The position numbers and the translations under genes were made by a program. DNA of 64,000 nt from a virus, in the IMG/VR virus record IMGVR_UViG_3300032242_001844. One strand, 5' to 3'. Below the pieces are notes generated by a model. The model saw only the letters and a program-made list of their open reading frames with translations, was not told where the DNA came from and searched no databases. Shown one piece after another: positions 40,009 through 47,337 of the stretch. How positions within the stretch are numbered: the first letter of the stretch is position 1; every line of letters begins with the position of its first letter.

Positions 40009-40744
40009 TATACTTTTTATAAAAATTTTCAGCAATTTCTTGAGATGTTTGACTACCAAAGTGAACCCCATCTCTTGCTAAATCACCAATTTTTTTTAAT
40101 TTTTCAAAATCATGATTGAAAAATCTGTCATAAGTTATTAATTCATTATAATATTCATCGCATTTATATAAATCATCAAAGTATGGATTTGCACTACATA
40201 ATACAGGAATTTTTTTAGAATCATATTGTTTAAATTTTTTTAATGCATAGTCAAATTGATCTTTTAGAAAACTTCTTTGAGAATGTTCTAATTTTGCAAC
40301 TTGTCTTCTCGGCCATTCATAAAAAACTTTGTCATCTTTAAAAGATGTGTCATAAAAATTAAACCCAAACATTGCAAAAATAGATTTAGGTTGGCACGAT
40401 ACAATATAATCTAAAACTTTTGTCATCCAAAAATTAGAAGCACCATCTGACGCAACAATATAAATTCTTTCTCCAATTAATTTTTCAAGATAGCAGGGCC
40501 ATCTTTCATCTTTTGGTTGACCAATCCCGTTAGAAAAACTAGAACCAATAACAACATTTTTATTTTTAAAATTTGGAAATTCTTCTTCTCTAAATCCATG
40601 AGAATTAAACTCATACGAAATGGGCGTAGTATAATTTAAAAAATAATCTTTGTCTTTTGCTTCTGATAAACTATCTTTTCCAAGAAACTCAAAAGTTTTA
40701 AATCTTCTATCTTGTTGTTCTATAGGTAAAAAATTAATTAACAT
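39986..40744 (-). CDS. SGNH/GDSL-like protein
   Basis: FNSHGFR, VIGSSFSNGIG, GASN, DGVHFG. Confidence 0.6.
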   Translation of the reverse strand: MLINFLPIEQQDRRFKTFEFLGKDSLSEAKDKDYFLNYTTPISYEFNSHGFREEEFPNFKNKNVVIGSSFSNGIGQPKDERWPCYLEKLIGERIYIVASDGASNFWMTKVLDYIVSCQPKSIFAMFGFNFYDTSFKDDKVFYEWPRRQVAKLEHSQRSFLKDQFDYALKKFKQYDSKKIPVLCSANPYFDDLYKCDEYYNELITYDRFFNHDFEKLKKIGDLARDGVHFGSQTSQEIAENFYKKYSLHSSTG

Positions 40745-40758
40745 AATAATATTTATTG

Positions 40759-40835
40759 TGGTAGACGCTCTGGGATTCGAACCCAGCACCTATGGTTTAA
40801 AAGACCATTGCTCTAACCAAATGAGCTAAGCGTCC
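40759..40835 (-). tRNA. tRNA-Lys(TTT)
   Basis: Loop CTTTTAA; CCA. Confidence 0.95.
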
Positions 40836-40844
40836 AAAATTTCA

Positions 40845-40930
40845 AAGTCAGTGTGCAGCCCCCATCTATCGCCCACACCGTGACACATCCCATCGCCATT
40901 GCGGATTGTTTACTGTGCCTTACCGTCTCT
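40845..40930 (-). ncRNA. Putative structured ncRNA between tRNA-Pro and tRNA-Lys
   Basis: GC-rich spacer with GGCAC/GTGTC, ATCC/GGAT and GTGTG/CACAC pairings. Confidence 0.4.
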
Positions 40931-40935
40931 TATAT

Positions 40936-41011
40936 TGGTCTCCGTGTCTGGCGCTGCCCCAGATTCCCCGCAGTCCAAGTGCGGTATTAATCTTACCCTA
41001 ACTCCACAGAG
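40936..41011 (-). tRNA. tRNA-Pro(TGG), atypical T-loop GGCAGCG
   Basis: ccgca-CTTGGAC-tgcgg; CTCTGTG/CACGGAG acceptor; CCA. Confidence 0.8.
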
Positions 41012-41016
41012 ATAAA

Positions 41017-41144
41017 CTATGAAGGTTCCGATAGCCACCCATCGTCACCTACAACCGTTGGTAGTGATAGTTCTAGTTATTCCATCACCACATTTGTTCT
41101 TAAGAAGGTTCCCAGTCATATACAGGTCACCTACAACCCTCTTA
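41017..41144 (-). ncRNA. Putative ncRNA with duplicated GGTT-GTAGGTGA-[hairpin]-G-AACC motif
   Basis: Two copies with identical bulge and different inner stems. Confidence 0.55.
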
Positions 41145-41149
41145 CCTAA

Positions 41150-41253
41150 TTGCCTGTCGTATGGGGATCGAACCCATCTCTCAACCGACTCCGCAGTTGT
41201 ATCCTATTCCCATAGACGAACGACCAGTAGGTTTGCAACCCTACTGTTGGCAA
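41150..41253 (-). ncRNA. tRNA-like RNA with 8-nt pseudo-anticodon loop, extra 5' hairpin, no CCA
   Basis: D-arm, T-arm atggg-TTCGATC-cccat, GTCGT/ACGAC stem. Confidence 0.6.
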
Positions 41254-41256
41254 ACT

Positions 41257-41329
41257 TGGTTGCGGTCGCTGGTGACGCTCCAGTTCTGTTGGTTATGAGC
41301 CAACCGTGGCACTTTTCCACTACCCCGCA
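41257..41329 (-). tRNA. tRNA-Met(CAT), initiator-like 5' end, atypical T-loop
   Basis: TGCGGGG start, loop CTCATAA, T-loop AGCGTCA, CCA. Confidence 0.7.
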
Positions 41330-41336
41330 ATAATTT

Positions 41337-41424
41337 TGGTGGGACGGGTTGGATTCGAACCAACTCCGTTTCTATGTAACGGGTTTACAGCCCGCCGCCC
41401 ATCCGCCGTCTGAGCAGCCGTCCC
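41337..41424 (-). tRNA. tRNA-Tyr(GTA)
   Basis: Loop CTGTAAA, long variable region, CCA. Confidence 0.9.
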
Positions 41425-41469
41425 AATATCTTTACATTACCACATTTAAATTATTTGTCAAGCACTATT

Positions 41470-41784
41470 TTAGCTTGGATTTTCTGGTTTCTTTTCTTGG
41501 TATTTTTCAAATTTTTTCTGATCAGCAGGTTCAAACTTTGTACCGCTAGCAACACCACAGAATCTGCCATCACTTTGCTCTAGTAGAACTGTCCATGTGC
41601 TTGTTTTAGGACTTACCAACATTATCATATGGCGATTTTGAGGATCAAGAAATTCAGCAAAAGGTATTTCACCATATTGAGAATTTAAATATCCAAATAT
41701 TTTCTCACCAACTGCACAAAGTGGGCCGTTTTCTTGCGCCAAAGCCGTGGTTGAAATTAATAATAGCGGTAATAGATATTTCAT
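41470..41784 (-). CDS. Secreted hypothetical protein
   Basis: Signal peptide ending ALA; two Cys. Confidence 0.6.
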   Translation of the reverse strand: MKYLLPLLLISTTALAQENGPLCAVGEKIFGYLNSQYGEIPFAEFLDPQNRHMIMLVSPKTSTWTVLLEQSDGRFCGVASGTKFEPADQKKFEKYQEKKPENPS

Positions 41785-41814
41785 TTTTTTCCCTTTATTA
41801 GGTATTTAATAAAA

Positions 41815-41889
41815 TGGTACCGTCTACTGGTATCGATCCAGTTCTACGAGTGCCACAAACTCGTGTGCAACCTTTAACACTTAGACGGC
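41815..41889 (-). tRNA. tRNA-His(GTG), alphaproteobacterial type
   Basis: Loop TTGTGGC; G1:U72, A73, no G-1. Confidence 0.9.
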
Positions 41890-41900
41890 ATTAAACTAAA

Positions 41901-41928
41901 AAGTCATGATCATTACTGACCATGACTT
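41901..41928 (-). terminator. Probable intrinsic terminator
   Basis: aagtcatggtca-gtaa-tgatcatgactt followed by TTT on minus strand. Confidence 0.5.
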
Positions 41929-41966
41929 AATATACCATATTATTTTACACTGTCAAGCGTTTTTAA

Positions 41967-42614
41967 TTAAGCGTAGGTACCGAGACTAGGGTTAGCAATT
42001 ATAGGCGGTAGATACTTTTGATTATTTGCCTTTGCGTTAGATTGTGTATTTTTAACAATCGTGTTTAATGTTGCTTGATGTTTTATAAGATCACTTGAGG
42101 TTTGAAATTGGTTAGCAATTACTTTTTTAAATTTATTAGCGCCAAATGTTTTAAATTGCTGTTGAAACGCTTGATCAGTTGGAAGCATTCCATCATTAAC
42201 ATTATTAGTTGCACGAGGAACATACCAAGATTGGCCAGTTACTGTGTTAGTAAATTGTTCTACGATGTATTGTGGCGGAGGCATATAAGTTCCGCCAAAC
42301 TGTGGAGGAACAGCGCCAATATTTTGTAATGGAAGAGGACCAATATTTGGAGGACCAGCGTCACCGTTTCCAAAGTTTCCAATACCACCACCAAAACCTT
42401 GTGGAGGATTTGCTCCGCCTAATCCACCTATTGCACCTATTCCTAGTGCTCCTATAAAATTAGCAAAACCGCCACCAACTGGTGGAAGATAGTTAGAAAT
42501 TGACTGACCACCGCCACCTGCAAGACCTACTCCATTAACGGGAGTAGCTGGTGCTGCGGCAATACCGCCAATTGAACCAAGTCCACCATAGACGCTATTT
42601 ACAACTGCAACCAT
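41967..42614 (-). CDS. Gly/Pro-rich hypothetical late protein
   Basis: TATAAATA and GGAGA upstream. Confidence 0.55.
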   Translation of the reverse strand: MVAVVNSVYGGLGSIGGIAAAPATPVNGVGLAGGGGQSISNYLPPVGGGFANFIGALGIGAIGGLGGANPPQGFGGGIGNFGNGDAGPPNIGPLPLQNIGAVPPQFGGTYMPPPQYIVEQFTNTVTGQSWYVPRATNNVNDGMLPTDQAFQQQFKTFGANKFKKVIANQFQTSSDLIKHQATLNTIVKNTQSNAKANNQKYLPPIIANPSLGTYA

Positions 42615-42670
42615 TTAAAAATCTCCATTTCTTTAATAGTATTTATAACAGTTAAAGAAAATAGCATCGC

Positions 42671-43150
42671 CTATGCTGAGTATTTTAAAGCTATTGTAAT
42701 TCTAGGTTGATTTCTATAGCTAGTAGCGCGATGTCTAATTTTTCCATCAAACATAACCAATCTAGCTGGGTAATTTAAAACACCAGTAATCTTGTCATCT
42801 ATTAAAAATTGTGTTTCGCCACCCATATCACTATCATATCCTTGTGTAATATAAAAAAGACAAGTTAGTACATTGCCGTCGCTATGAAAATATGGATTTT
42901 CAGATGGAAAAAACAAATTTATATATGCTCTTTTAATTTTCATATCTAATACCGATGGGTTTTTTGAAACTATAATATTATGTAAGGTTTTAAACAACGC
43001 TTCATCTGGCAACAACTCATCAATCATGCCAGTAGGCGGAGTAAGAGCAGTATCTGTTTCGCCATATCTAAACTTTCGGTCATTTAACACATGGTTGTAT
43101 ATGTTAATATTATCTTCATAGCTCATTACTTTGTCATAAATGTCTAACAT
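42671..43150 (-). CDS. 2OG-Fe(II) oxygenase
   Basis: HSD, GGETQF, HRAT..R.TIALK. Confidence 0.8.
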   Translation of the reverse strand: MLDIYDKVMSYEDNINIYNHVLNDRKFRYGETDTALTPPTGMIDELLPDEALFKTLHNIIVSKNPSVLDMKIKRAYINLFFPSENPYFHSDGNVLTCLFYITQGYDSDMGGETQFLIDDKITGVLNYPARLVMFDGKIRHRATSYRNQPRITIALKYSA

Positions 43151-43167
43151 GCTAATCTTTCTAACGG

Positions 43168-43764
43168 TTAACTAATTTTTAAATTAAATGCAATAGAAAT
43201 TCTTGTATCATCTGTTTTGTTTGGTTCAACTCTATGTGTTAACCAACTTGGAAAAAGAACAATTTTTCCTATTCTTGGTTTATAATAAATGCTTTTACTA
43301 AAACTATTAGATGGAAATCGTTGTAATTTAGTAGATACATTTGGATTTGAAAATACAATATTGCCATCGTTGGCATTTGTTTGATAGTAATATACGCCGC
43401 TTATATCGCCAGTATGTTCATGATCAAATTGATAATCATTTTTATTATAAAAATTAATCCAACTTTCTATCATTTTAATTTTATAATCAGTATTTCCAGT
43501 TCCATCATATTTTACATCATTGCAAAATTCTATTGCACATTTTTCAATTATTTTATACAAGTGTGTTAGTGCAAACTCACTGACAACATCGTTGATCATG
43601 CCATGTTTAAATGTTGTTTTTACTGTATCATTGAATGGATTTGATAAATCTTTTAAAGTCATTCTTTCAAGATTTTCAAATATTTCTTGTTGTATTGGTG
43701 AGTATTCATCAAATACAAGATCATTATAGTACACTGGAGTAGGAAACCAATTCTCAACAGTCAT
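43168..43764 (-). CDS. 2OG-Fe(II) oxygenase (TIGR02466-like)
   Basis: ESWIN, HEH, SGVYY, LFPSWLTHRV, RISIAFN; start trimmed to avoid tRNA. Confidence 0.85.
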   Translation of the reverse strand: MTVENWFPTPVYYNDLVFDEYSPIQQEIFENLERMTLKDLSNPFNDTVKTTFKHGMINDVVSEFALTHLYKIIEKCAIEFCNDVKYDGTGNTDYKIKMIESWINFYNKNDYQFDHEHTGDISGVYYYQTNANDGNIVFSNPNVSTKLQRFPSNSFSKSIYYKPRIGKIVLFPSWLTHRVEPNKTDDTRISIAFNLKIS

Positions 43765-43779
43765 AATAACCTTAAATGT

Positions 43780-43854
43780 TGGAGCGGACGAAGGGGGTCG
43801 AACCCTCGACATCGACCTTGGCAAGGTCGCGCTCTACCACTGAGCTACATCCGC
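43780..43854 (-). tRNA. tRNA-Gly(GCC)
   Basis: Loop TTGCCAA; CCA. Confidence 0.95.
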
Positions 43855-43864
43855 ATTTATACTA

Positions 43865-44521
43865 TTATATAGTATTTTCTATATATGTCCACATAATTAT
43901 TGCTTGTTTTTCATTTATACCATTTGCAATATAATTATCGCTGCTATGAAATTTTGCACGATTGCTAGCAAACAATGAACCAGCTTCCCATTTAAAAATT
44001 TCATCAAGTGTTAAGAATTTTAATAATATTTTTTCCTCATGCGAAAGATATTTTTGATGAAATACAGCATCTAATTCTTTCTTATCTGGTTTAATTTTGT
44101 TTTCTTTTGCCCATTGTTTAACTCTCTTAATATATGGGCTTATCTCATTAAACACTATTGTATGACTATTGTATGTTTCTAGAGGTATAATAAAAGTCCA
44201 AGCTGGTGTTCTATTATTAGGATATGCTCCGCCAGTGATATGATCAAATTCACCACTAAGAACATCGCTGTGTATGCCATATGGTATCATACTATGTAAC
44301 ATGTGTGCATGCTCAATCTTGACAGATTTGTCAAAATGTTCTTCAATTTTTTCACTAAAATAATCTATTGCATCATTGGTACATAACTTAGTTTTAGCAT
44401 CAATGTTTCCAGTATATGGATTTTTATATTCAACAAACGGTATATGTAAAATTTTGTTTTTAAATTCTTCGATTTCAGACAAAGATATAAAATTTGAAAT
44501 AGTTTTATTTTTTATTTCCAT
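43865..44521 (-). CDS. Hypothetical protein, possible 2OG-Fe(II) oxygenase
   Basis: HSD ... FHSS; TAAATA 5 nt before ATG 44521. Confidence 0.5.
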   Translation of the reverse strand: MEIKNKTISNFISLSEIEEFKNKILHIPFVEYKNPYTGNIDAKTKLCTNDAIDYFSEKIEEHFDKSVKIEHAHMLHSMIPYGIHSDVLSGEFDHITGGAYPNNRTPAWTFIIPLETYNSHTIVFNEISPYIKRVKQWAKENKIKPDKKELDAVFHQKYLSHEEKILLKFLTLDEIFKWEAGSLFASNRAKFHSSDNYIANGINEKQAIIMWTYIENTI

Positions 44522-44575
44522 GACAATATTTATTGGGTCTTTTTCAATAAATATTTTTTTAGGGAGATGGCAACT

Positions 44576-44737
44576 ATGGCTAAGGCAAAAGGTGGCGCTA
44601 ATGGCGCAGCAAAAGTTACCTTCAGTAAAAGCAGCGTTAAAAAACGCACTAGTATTGGTAATGGTAAAGCAAGTCGCCCTAAAAATAAAAGTGTTCGCCG
44701 TTCTACTAAAGCATATGTTGGTCAAGGTAAACCATAA
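44576..44737 (+). CDS. 53-aa highly basic late protein (not in ORF track)
   Basis: MAKAKGG...KKRTSIGNGK...KAYVGQGKP; TAAATA and GGAG upstream. Confidence 0.7.
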   Translation: MAKAKGGANGAAKVTFSKSSVKKRTSIGNGKASRPKNKSVRRSTKAYVGQGKP

Positions 44738-44740
44738 ATT

Positions 44741-44815
44741 TGGTGCTCTCCCCAAGATTCGAACTTGGAACTGAAGTTTCGTAGACTTCGGTGATATCCA
44801 TTTCACCAAGAGAGC
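44741..44815 (-). tRNA. tRNA-Arg(ACG)
   Basis: Loop CTACGAA; CCA. Confidence 0.9.
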
Positions 44816-44819
44816 ATAA

Positions 44820-44895
44820 TGGTAGACCGTGAGGGATTTGAACCCCCGACAAAGTGATTAAGAGTCACCTGCTCTACCAACTGAGCTAACGGTCC
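44820..44895 (-). tRNA. tRNA-Lys(CTT)
   Basis: Loop CTCTTAA; CCA. Confidence 0.95.
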
Positions 44896-44902
44896 ACAAA
44901 TT

Positions 44903-44979
44903 TGGTGCTGCTGACTGTACTCGAAACAGTTTAAACCACCTTATGAGAGTGGTGCGATAGCCGCTACCGCCCCAGCAGC
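44903..44979 (-). tRNA. tRNA-Met/Ile2(CAT)
   Basis: Loop CTCATAA; GCTGCTG/CAGCAGC acceptor; CCA. Confidence 0.8.
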
Positions 44980-44985
44980 ATTGTT

Positions 44986-45060
44986 TGGTTGGCAAAGGCG
45001 GGATCGAACCGCCACTCTTTCCCTTATCAGGAGAATGCTTTACCATTAAGCTACTTGCCA
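44986..45060 (-). tRNA. tRNA-Ile(GAT)
   Basis: Loop CTGATAA; CCA. Confidence 0.9.
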
Positions 45061-45066
45061 GTAATT

Positions 45067-45140
45067 TGGTGCTCCCAACGGGAGTTGAACCCGTCTCTGC
45101 AGATTGAAAGTCTGTTATCCTTCCGATAGACGATGGGAGC
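45067..45140 (-). tRNA. tRNA-Glu(TTC)
   Basis: Loop CTTTCAA; CCA. Confidence 0.9.
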
Positions 45141-45146
45141 ATAATT

Positions 45147-45208
45147 TGAGCGGCAGCGGGGAATCGAACCCCGTGGTTGTTAGTTAAAGCACCCATGCAA
45201 ACCACCGC
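45147..45208 (-). ncRNA. Anticodon-less mini-tRNA or tRNA pseudogene
   Basis: GCGGTGG/CTGCCGC acceptor, perfect T-arm, only 28 nt between, ends TCAA. Confidence 0.6.
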
Positions 45209-45220
45209 ATTAAATTGTGT

Positions 45221-45295
45221 TGGCGACTCCAGAGGGGATTGAACCCTCATCCCCTGATAGACAGTCAAGGATAATAGCCATTATAAGATGGAGCC
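45221..45295 (-). tRNA. tRNA-Asp(GTC)
   Basis: Loop CTGTCTA; GCCA end. Confidence 0.9.
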
Positions 45296-45515
45296 TTTTG
45301 TTTTTATCTCAATAAAGTAGTCTCGTTTATCATAGTATAGACCATCAGGTTCGTCTTTTACTTCTTTGAAGAACCGCCAGTTTTGTAAATTAAACATAAC
45401 GCCCCATTCCTCTTTTGAATATATGGTGTATGTCTTTGTTAAAGTATGCAGACCGCCTATTACATAAACAGTAATATCAATGCGTTCATCTTTTGTTTCT
45501 AAGTACAGTCCCGTT

Positions 45516-45767
45516 TCACTTGTTTTTTCCTTTTTTAATGTTATATTTTACACCAACCCATGTTCCTGCAAATGCACCTAAACACGCAGGAAGCAGTAAC
45601 CAGTGATTATCTACATATCCAATCGTTGCAATACTAGCAACAAAGAATACAAAAGTTGCCATAGATGATGCATGAAGTGCTTTGTTATTTTCAATGCTTT
45701 TAAGATAAATCGCATAGAAAATATCAACTACAAACATTGACGCAAATACTAATACAGCTTCTATCAT
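45516..45767 (-). CDS. Small membrane protein
   Basis: SD aagga before ATG 45767; three hydrophobic segments. Confidence 0.65.
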   Translation of the reverse strand: MIEAVLVFASMFVVDIFYAIYLKSIENNKALHASSMATFVFFVASIATIGYVDNHWLLLPACLGAFAGTWVGVKYNIKKGKNK

Positions 45768-45784
45768 AGTTAATCCTTTTATAA

Positions 45785-45861
45785 TGGTGCCCAAAGTCAG
45801 ACTCGAACTGACAACATTCCGATTTTGAGTCGGACGCCTCTACCAATTGGACTATTCGGGC
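45785..45861 (-). tRNA. tRNA-Leu(CAA), short variable loop
   Basis: Loop CTCAAAA; CCA. Confidence 0.9.
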
Positions 45862-45866
45862 ATTAA

Positions 45867-45942
45867 TGGTGCAAAGTCTTGGGATCGAACCAAGTTGGCT
45901 GGATTTTCAGTCCAGTGCAATGACCACATTTGCTAACTTTGC
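45867..45942 (-). tRNA. tRNA-Phe(GAA)
   Basis: Loop CTGAAAA; CCA. Confidence 0.9.
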
Positions 45943-45950
45943 ATTTAAGT

Positions 45951-46028
45951 TGGAGGGGAAGGTGGGACTTGAACCCACATTATCAGGTTTTGCAGACCTT
46001 GGCGTAACCGTTCCGCGCACACTTCCCC
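45951..46028 (-). tRNA. tRNA-Cys(GCA)
   Basis: Loop CTGCAAA; U73; CCA. Confidence 0.9.
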
Positions 46029-46030
46029 AA

Positions 46031-46663
46031 TTATAGTTTATCTACGAACTCACGCAACATTGCATGATGACGACCACCATGCCAGTAATCTGGCATATAC
46101 TGCCATGCATCAAACCAATACTGTTGGCTCTCAGGATGACAACCAATGATACCTACATTGCCTTGCTTGATAGCCATAGCATCGCCGTTAGCATAGGTAG
46201 CAACCGTCTCAAACTTGCGTTTGTTACCTACCAATGCACACCCATCATAGAAGTACATAGAGTCGCGTTTGCCCTTCCATGTAACATCTGCGACCGTGCC
46301 ATATGAACGAGCAATGTCGGTATTAGGGCGTTTGATATACTGGACAGCATCTACGCTATCAAGCAAATCAAAATAGTGGCTACCCGCCCAATATGCGCCC
46401 ATACAGATACCAAGGTACTTGCCGCCATGCGCAACAAAATCTTGGATCATCTCTACTTTGTCGCCAAGCAAGTAATCAAATGATTGGCTATCACCGATAC
46501 CGCCAGGAAATGCTACAATATCAGCTTCACCTAAGACAGCGCCAAAGTCATCATCTACCCGAAAGGTCTCAACATCATAAGCACCACTTAAGGCGGCAAT
46601 CATGCCATTTACGCAGTCGCGTGAGCACACTGGATGATGAGAAAAAAGAGCAATTTTACGCAT
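46031..46663 (-). CDS. BPL-N / class I glutamine amidotransferase-like protein
   Basis: FPGG, GGKYLGICMGAY, HPE catalytic motifs. Confidence 0.8.
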   Translation of the reverse strand: MRKIALFSHHPVCSRDCVNGMIAALSGAYDVETFRVDDDFGAVLGEADIVAFPGGIGDSQSFDYLLGDKVEMIQDFVAHGGKYLGICMGAYWAGSHYFDLLDSVDAVQYIKRPNTDIARSYGTVADVTWKGKRDSMYFYDGCALVGNKRKFETVATYANGDAMAIKQGNVGIIGCHPESQQYWFDAWQYMPDYWHGGRHHAMLREFVDKL

Positions 46664-46722
46664 GGATTTCTCCTAAACTGTTTATATTTTTAATATATCA
46701 CAGATTTAAAACTTGTCAACTG

Positions 46723-46959
46723 TCAATTTTTTGACACTTTTTGGTACTGATCGTGCCAGAATTTAGAGGCTGTCCGCAACTTAAAGTTGCTTTCCCGTAC
46801 ATATTCTAGCAGTGCTCTGGCTAAGGTTTCCTGTTCGGATCGCCAAGCAGCGTCAGGCTCAGTAGCCATCTTATCAAGCAGTCCCTGAGCCATATCAATA
46901 TATGGACAAGTATCTTCGGGAATAACAGGTTTGTCAAGTGGTTTAGGAGTTCTAGCCAT
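46723..46959 (-). CDS. Hypothetical protein
   Basis: TTGACA-17-TATATT promoter 6 nt before ATG. Confidence 0.6.
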   Translation of the reverse strand: MARTPKPLDKPVIPEDTCPYIDMAQGLLDKMATEPDAAWRSEQETLARALLEYVRESNFKLRTASKFWHDQYQKVSKN

Positions 46960-47003
46960 ATTACTAATATATCATGTTTTTTTAAGGTTGTCAAGAGAAA
47001 AAT

Positions 47004-47077
47004 TGGCACCACCGCTAGGATTTGAACCCAGACCAAAGGTTTTGGAGACCCTTACGCTACCATTACGCCACGGTGAT
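47004..47077 (-). tRNA. tRNA-Trp(CCA)
   Basis: Loop CTCCAAA; G73; CCA. Confidence 0.9.
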
Positions 47078-47175
47078 GTATTAAATTTTGCCTTGCTGAA
47101 ACCACCTGCATCCATTTGGAGCCAGTACTAGTCAAGGGCTACTCTTATGCTTGGGGAGTAGCGTCCCGTAGATAT

Positions 47176-47206
47176 AAAAAAACCCCCGAAACTTTCGTTT
47201 CAGGGG
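47176..47206 (-). terminator. Intrinsic terminator (attenuator) upstream of tRNA array
   Basis: CCCCTGAAAC-GAAA-GTTTCGGGGG-T7. Confidence 0.9.
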
Positions 47207-47250
47207 CAAGTGCATACTCTAATGTGCGATCACATTAGGCACACGCCCCC
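47202..47250 (-). promoter_or_regulatory. Antiterminator hairpin overlapping leader stop codon and terminator 5' arm
   Basis: GGGGGCGTGTGC pairs with GCACTTGCCCCT and encloses CTAATGTG-ATCG-CACATTAG. Confidence 0.75.
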
Positions 47251-47315
47251 TCAATCCAGAAACCTTCTGGCATGCGGCAAATGTTATAATCATTATGTTT
47301 AGGCGTGTTAGTCAT
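47235..47315 (-). CDS. Leader peptide MTNTPKHNDYNICRMPEGFWIEGACA (not in ORF track)
   Basis: GAGAG SD, ATG, 26 codons, TAA inside antiterminator. Confidence 0.7.
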   Translation of the reverse strand: MTNTPKHNDYNICRMPEGFWIEGACA

Positions 47316-47337
47316 GTTTGCTCTCAATTTGTAGTTC

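Noticed and set aside
40845-41253. tmRNA, theta/HDV ribozyme or known riboswitch
   Set aside because: Could not fit a tag ORF with Ala acceptor, the HDV nested pseudoknot, or any aptamer consensus by eye; left as unknown ncRNA
44858-45268. 136-aa ORF, also 39931..40119, 41019..41333, 41349..41549 and 46931..47131
   Set aside because: They run through tRNA or ncRNA genes; the translations are tRNA-derived
45281-45545. ~85-codon minus-strand open frame after the 45516 gene, near an A-rich slippery-looking run
   Set aside because: No canonical start, and the required shift is +1 rather than the -1 expected for AAAAAAG; cannot distinguish recoding from a pseudogene or sequence error
37077-47077. 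Stop-codon reassignment
   Set aside because: No suppressor anticodons; ORFs are intact in the standard code and TAG and TGA both end genes
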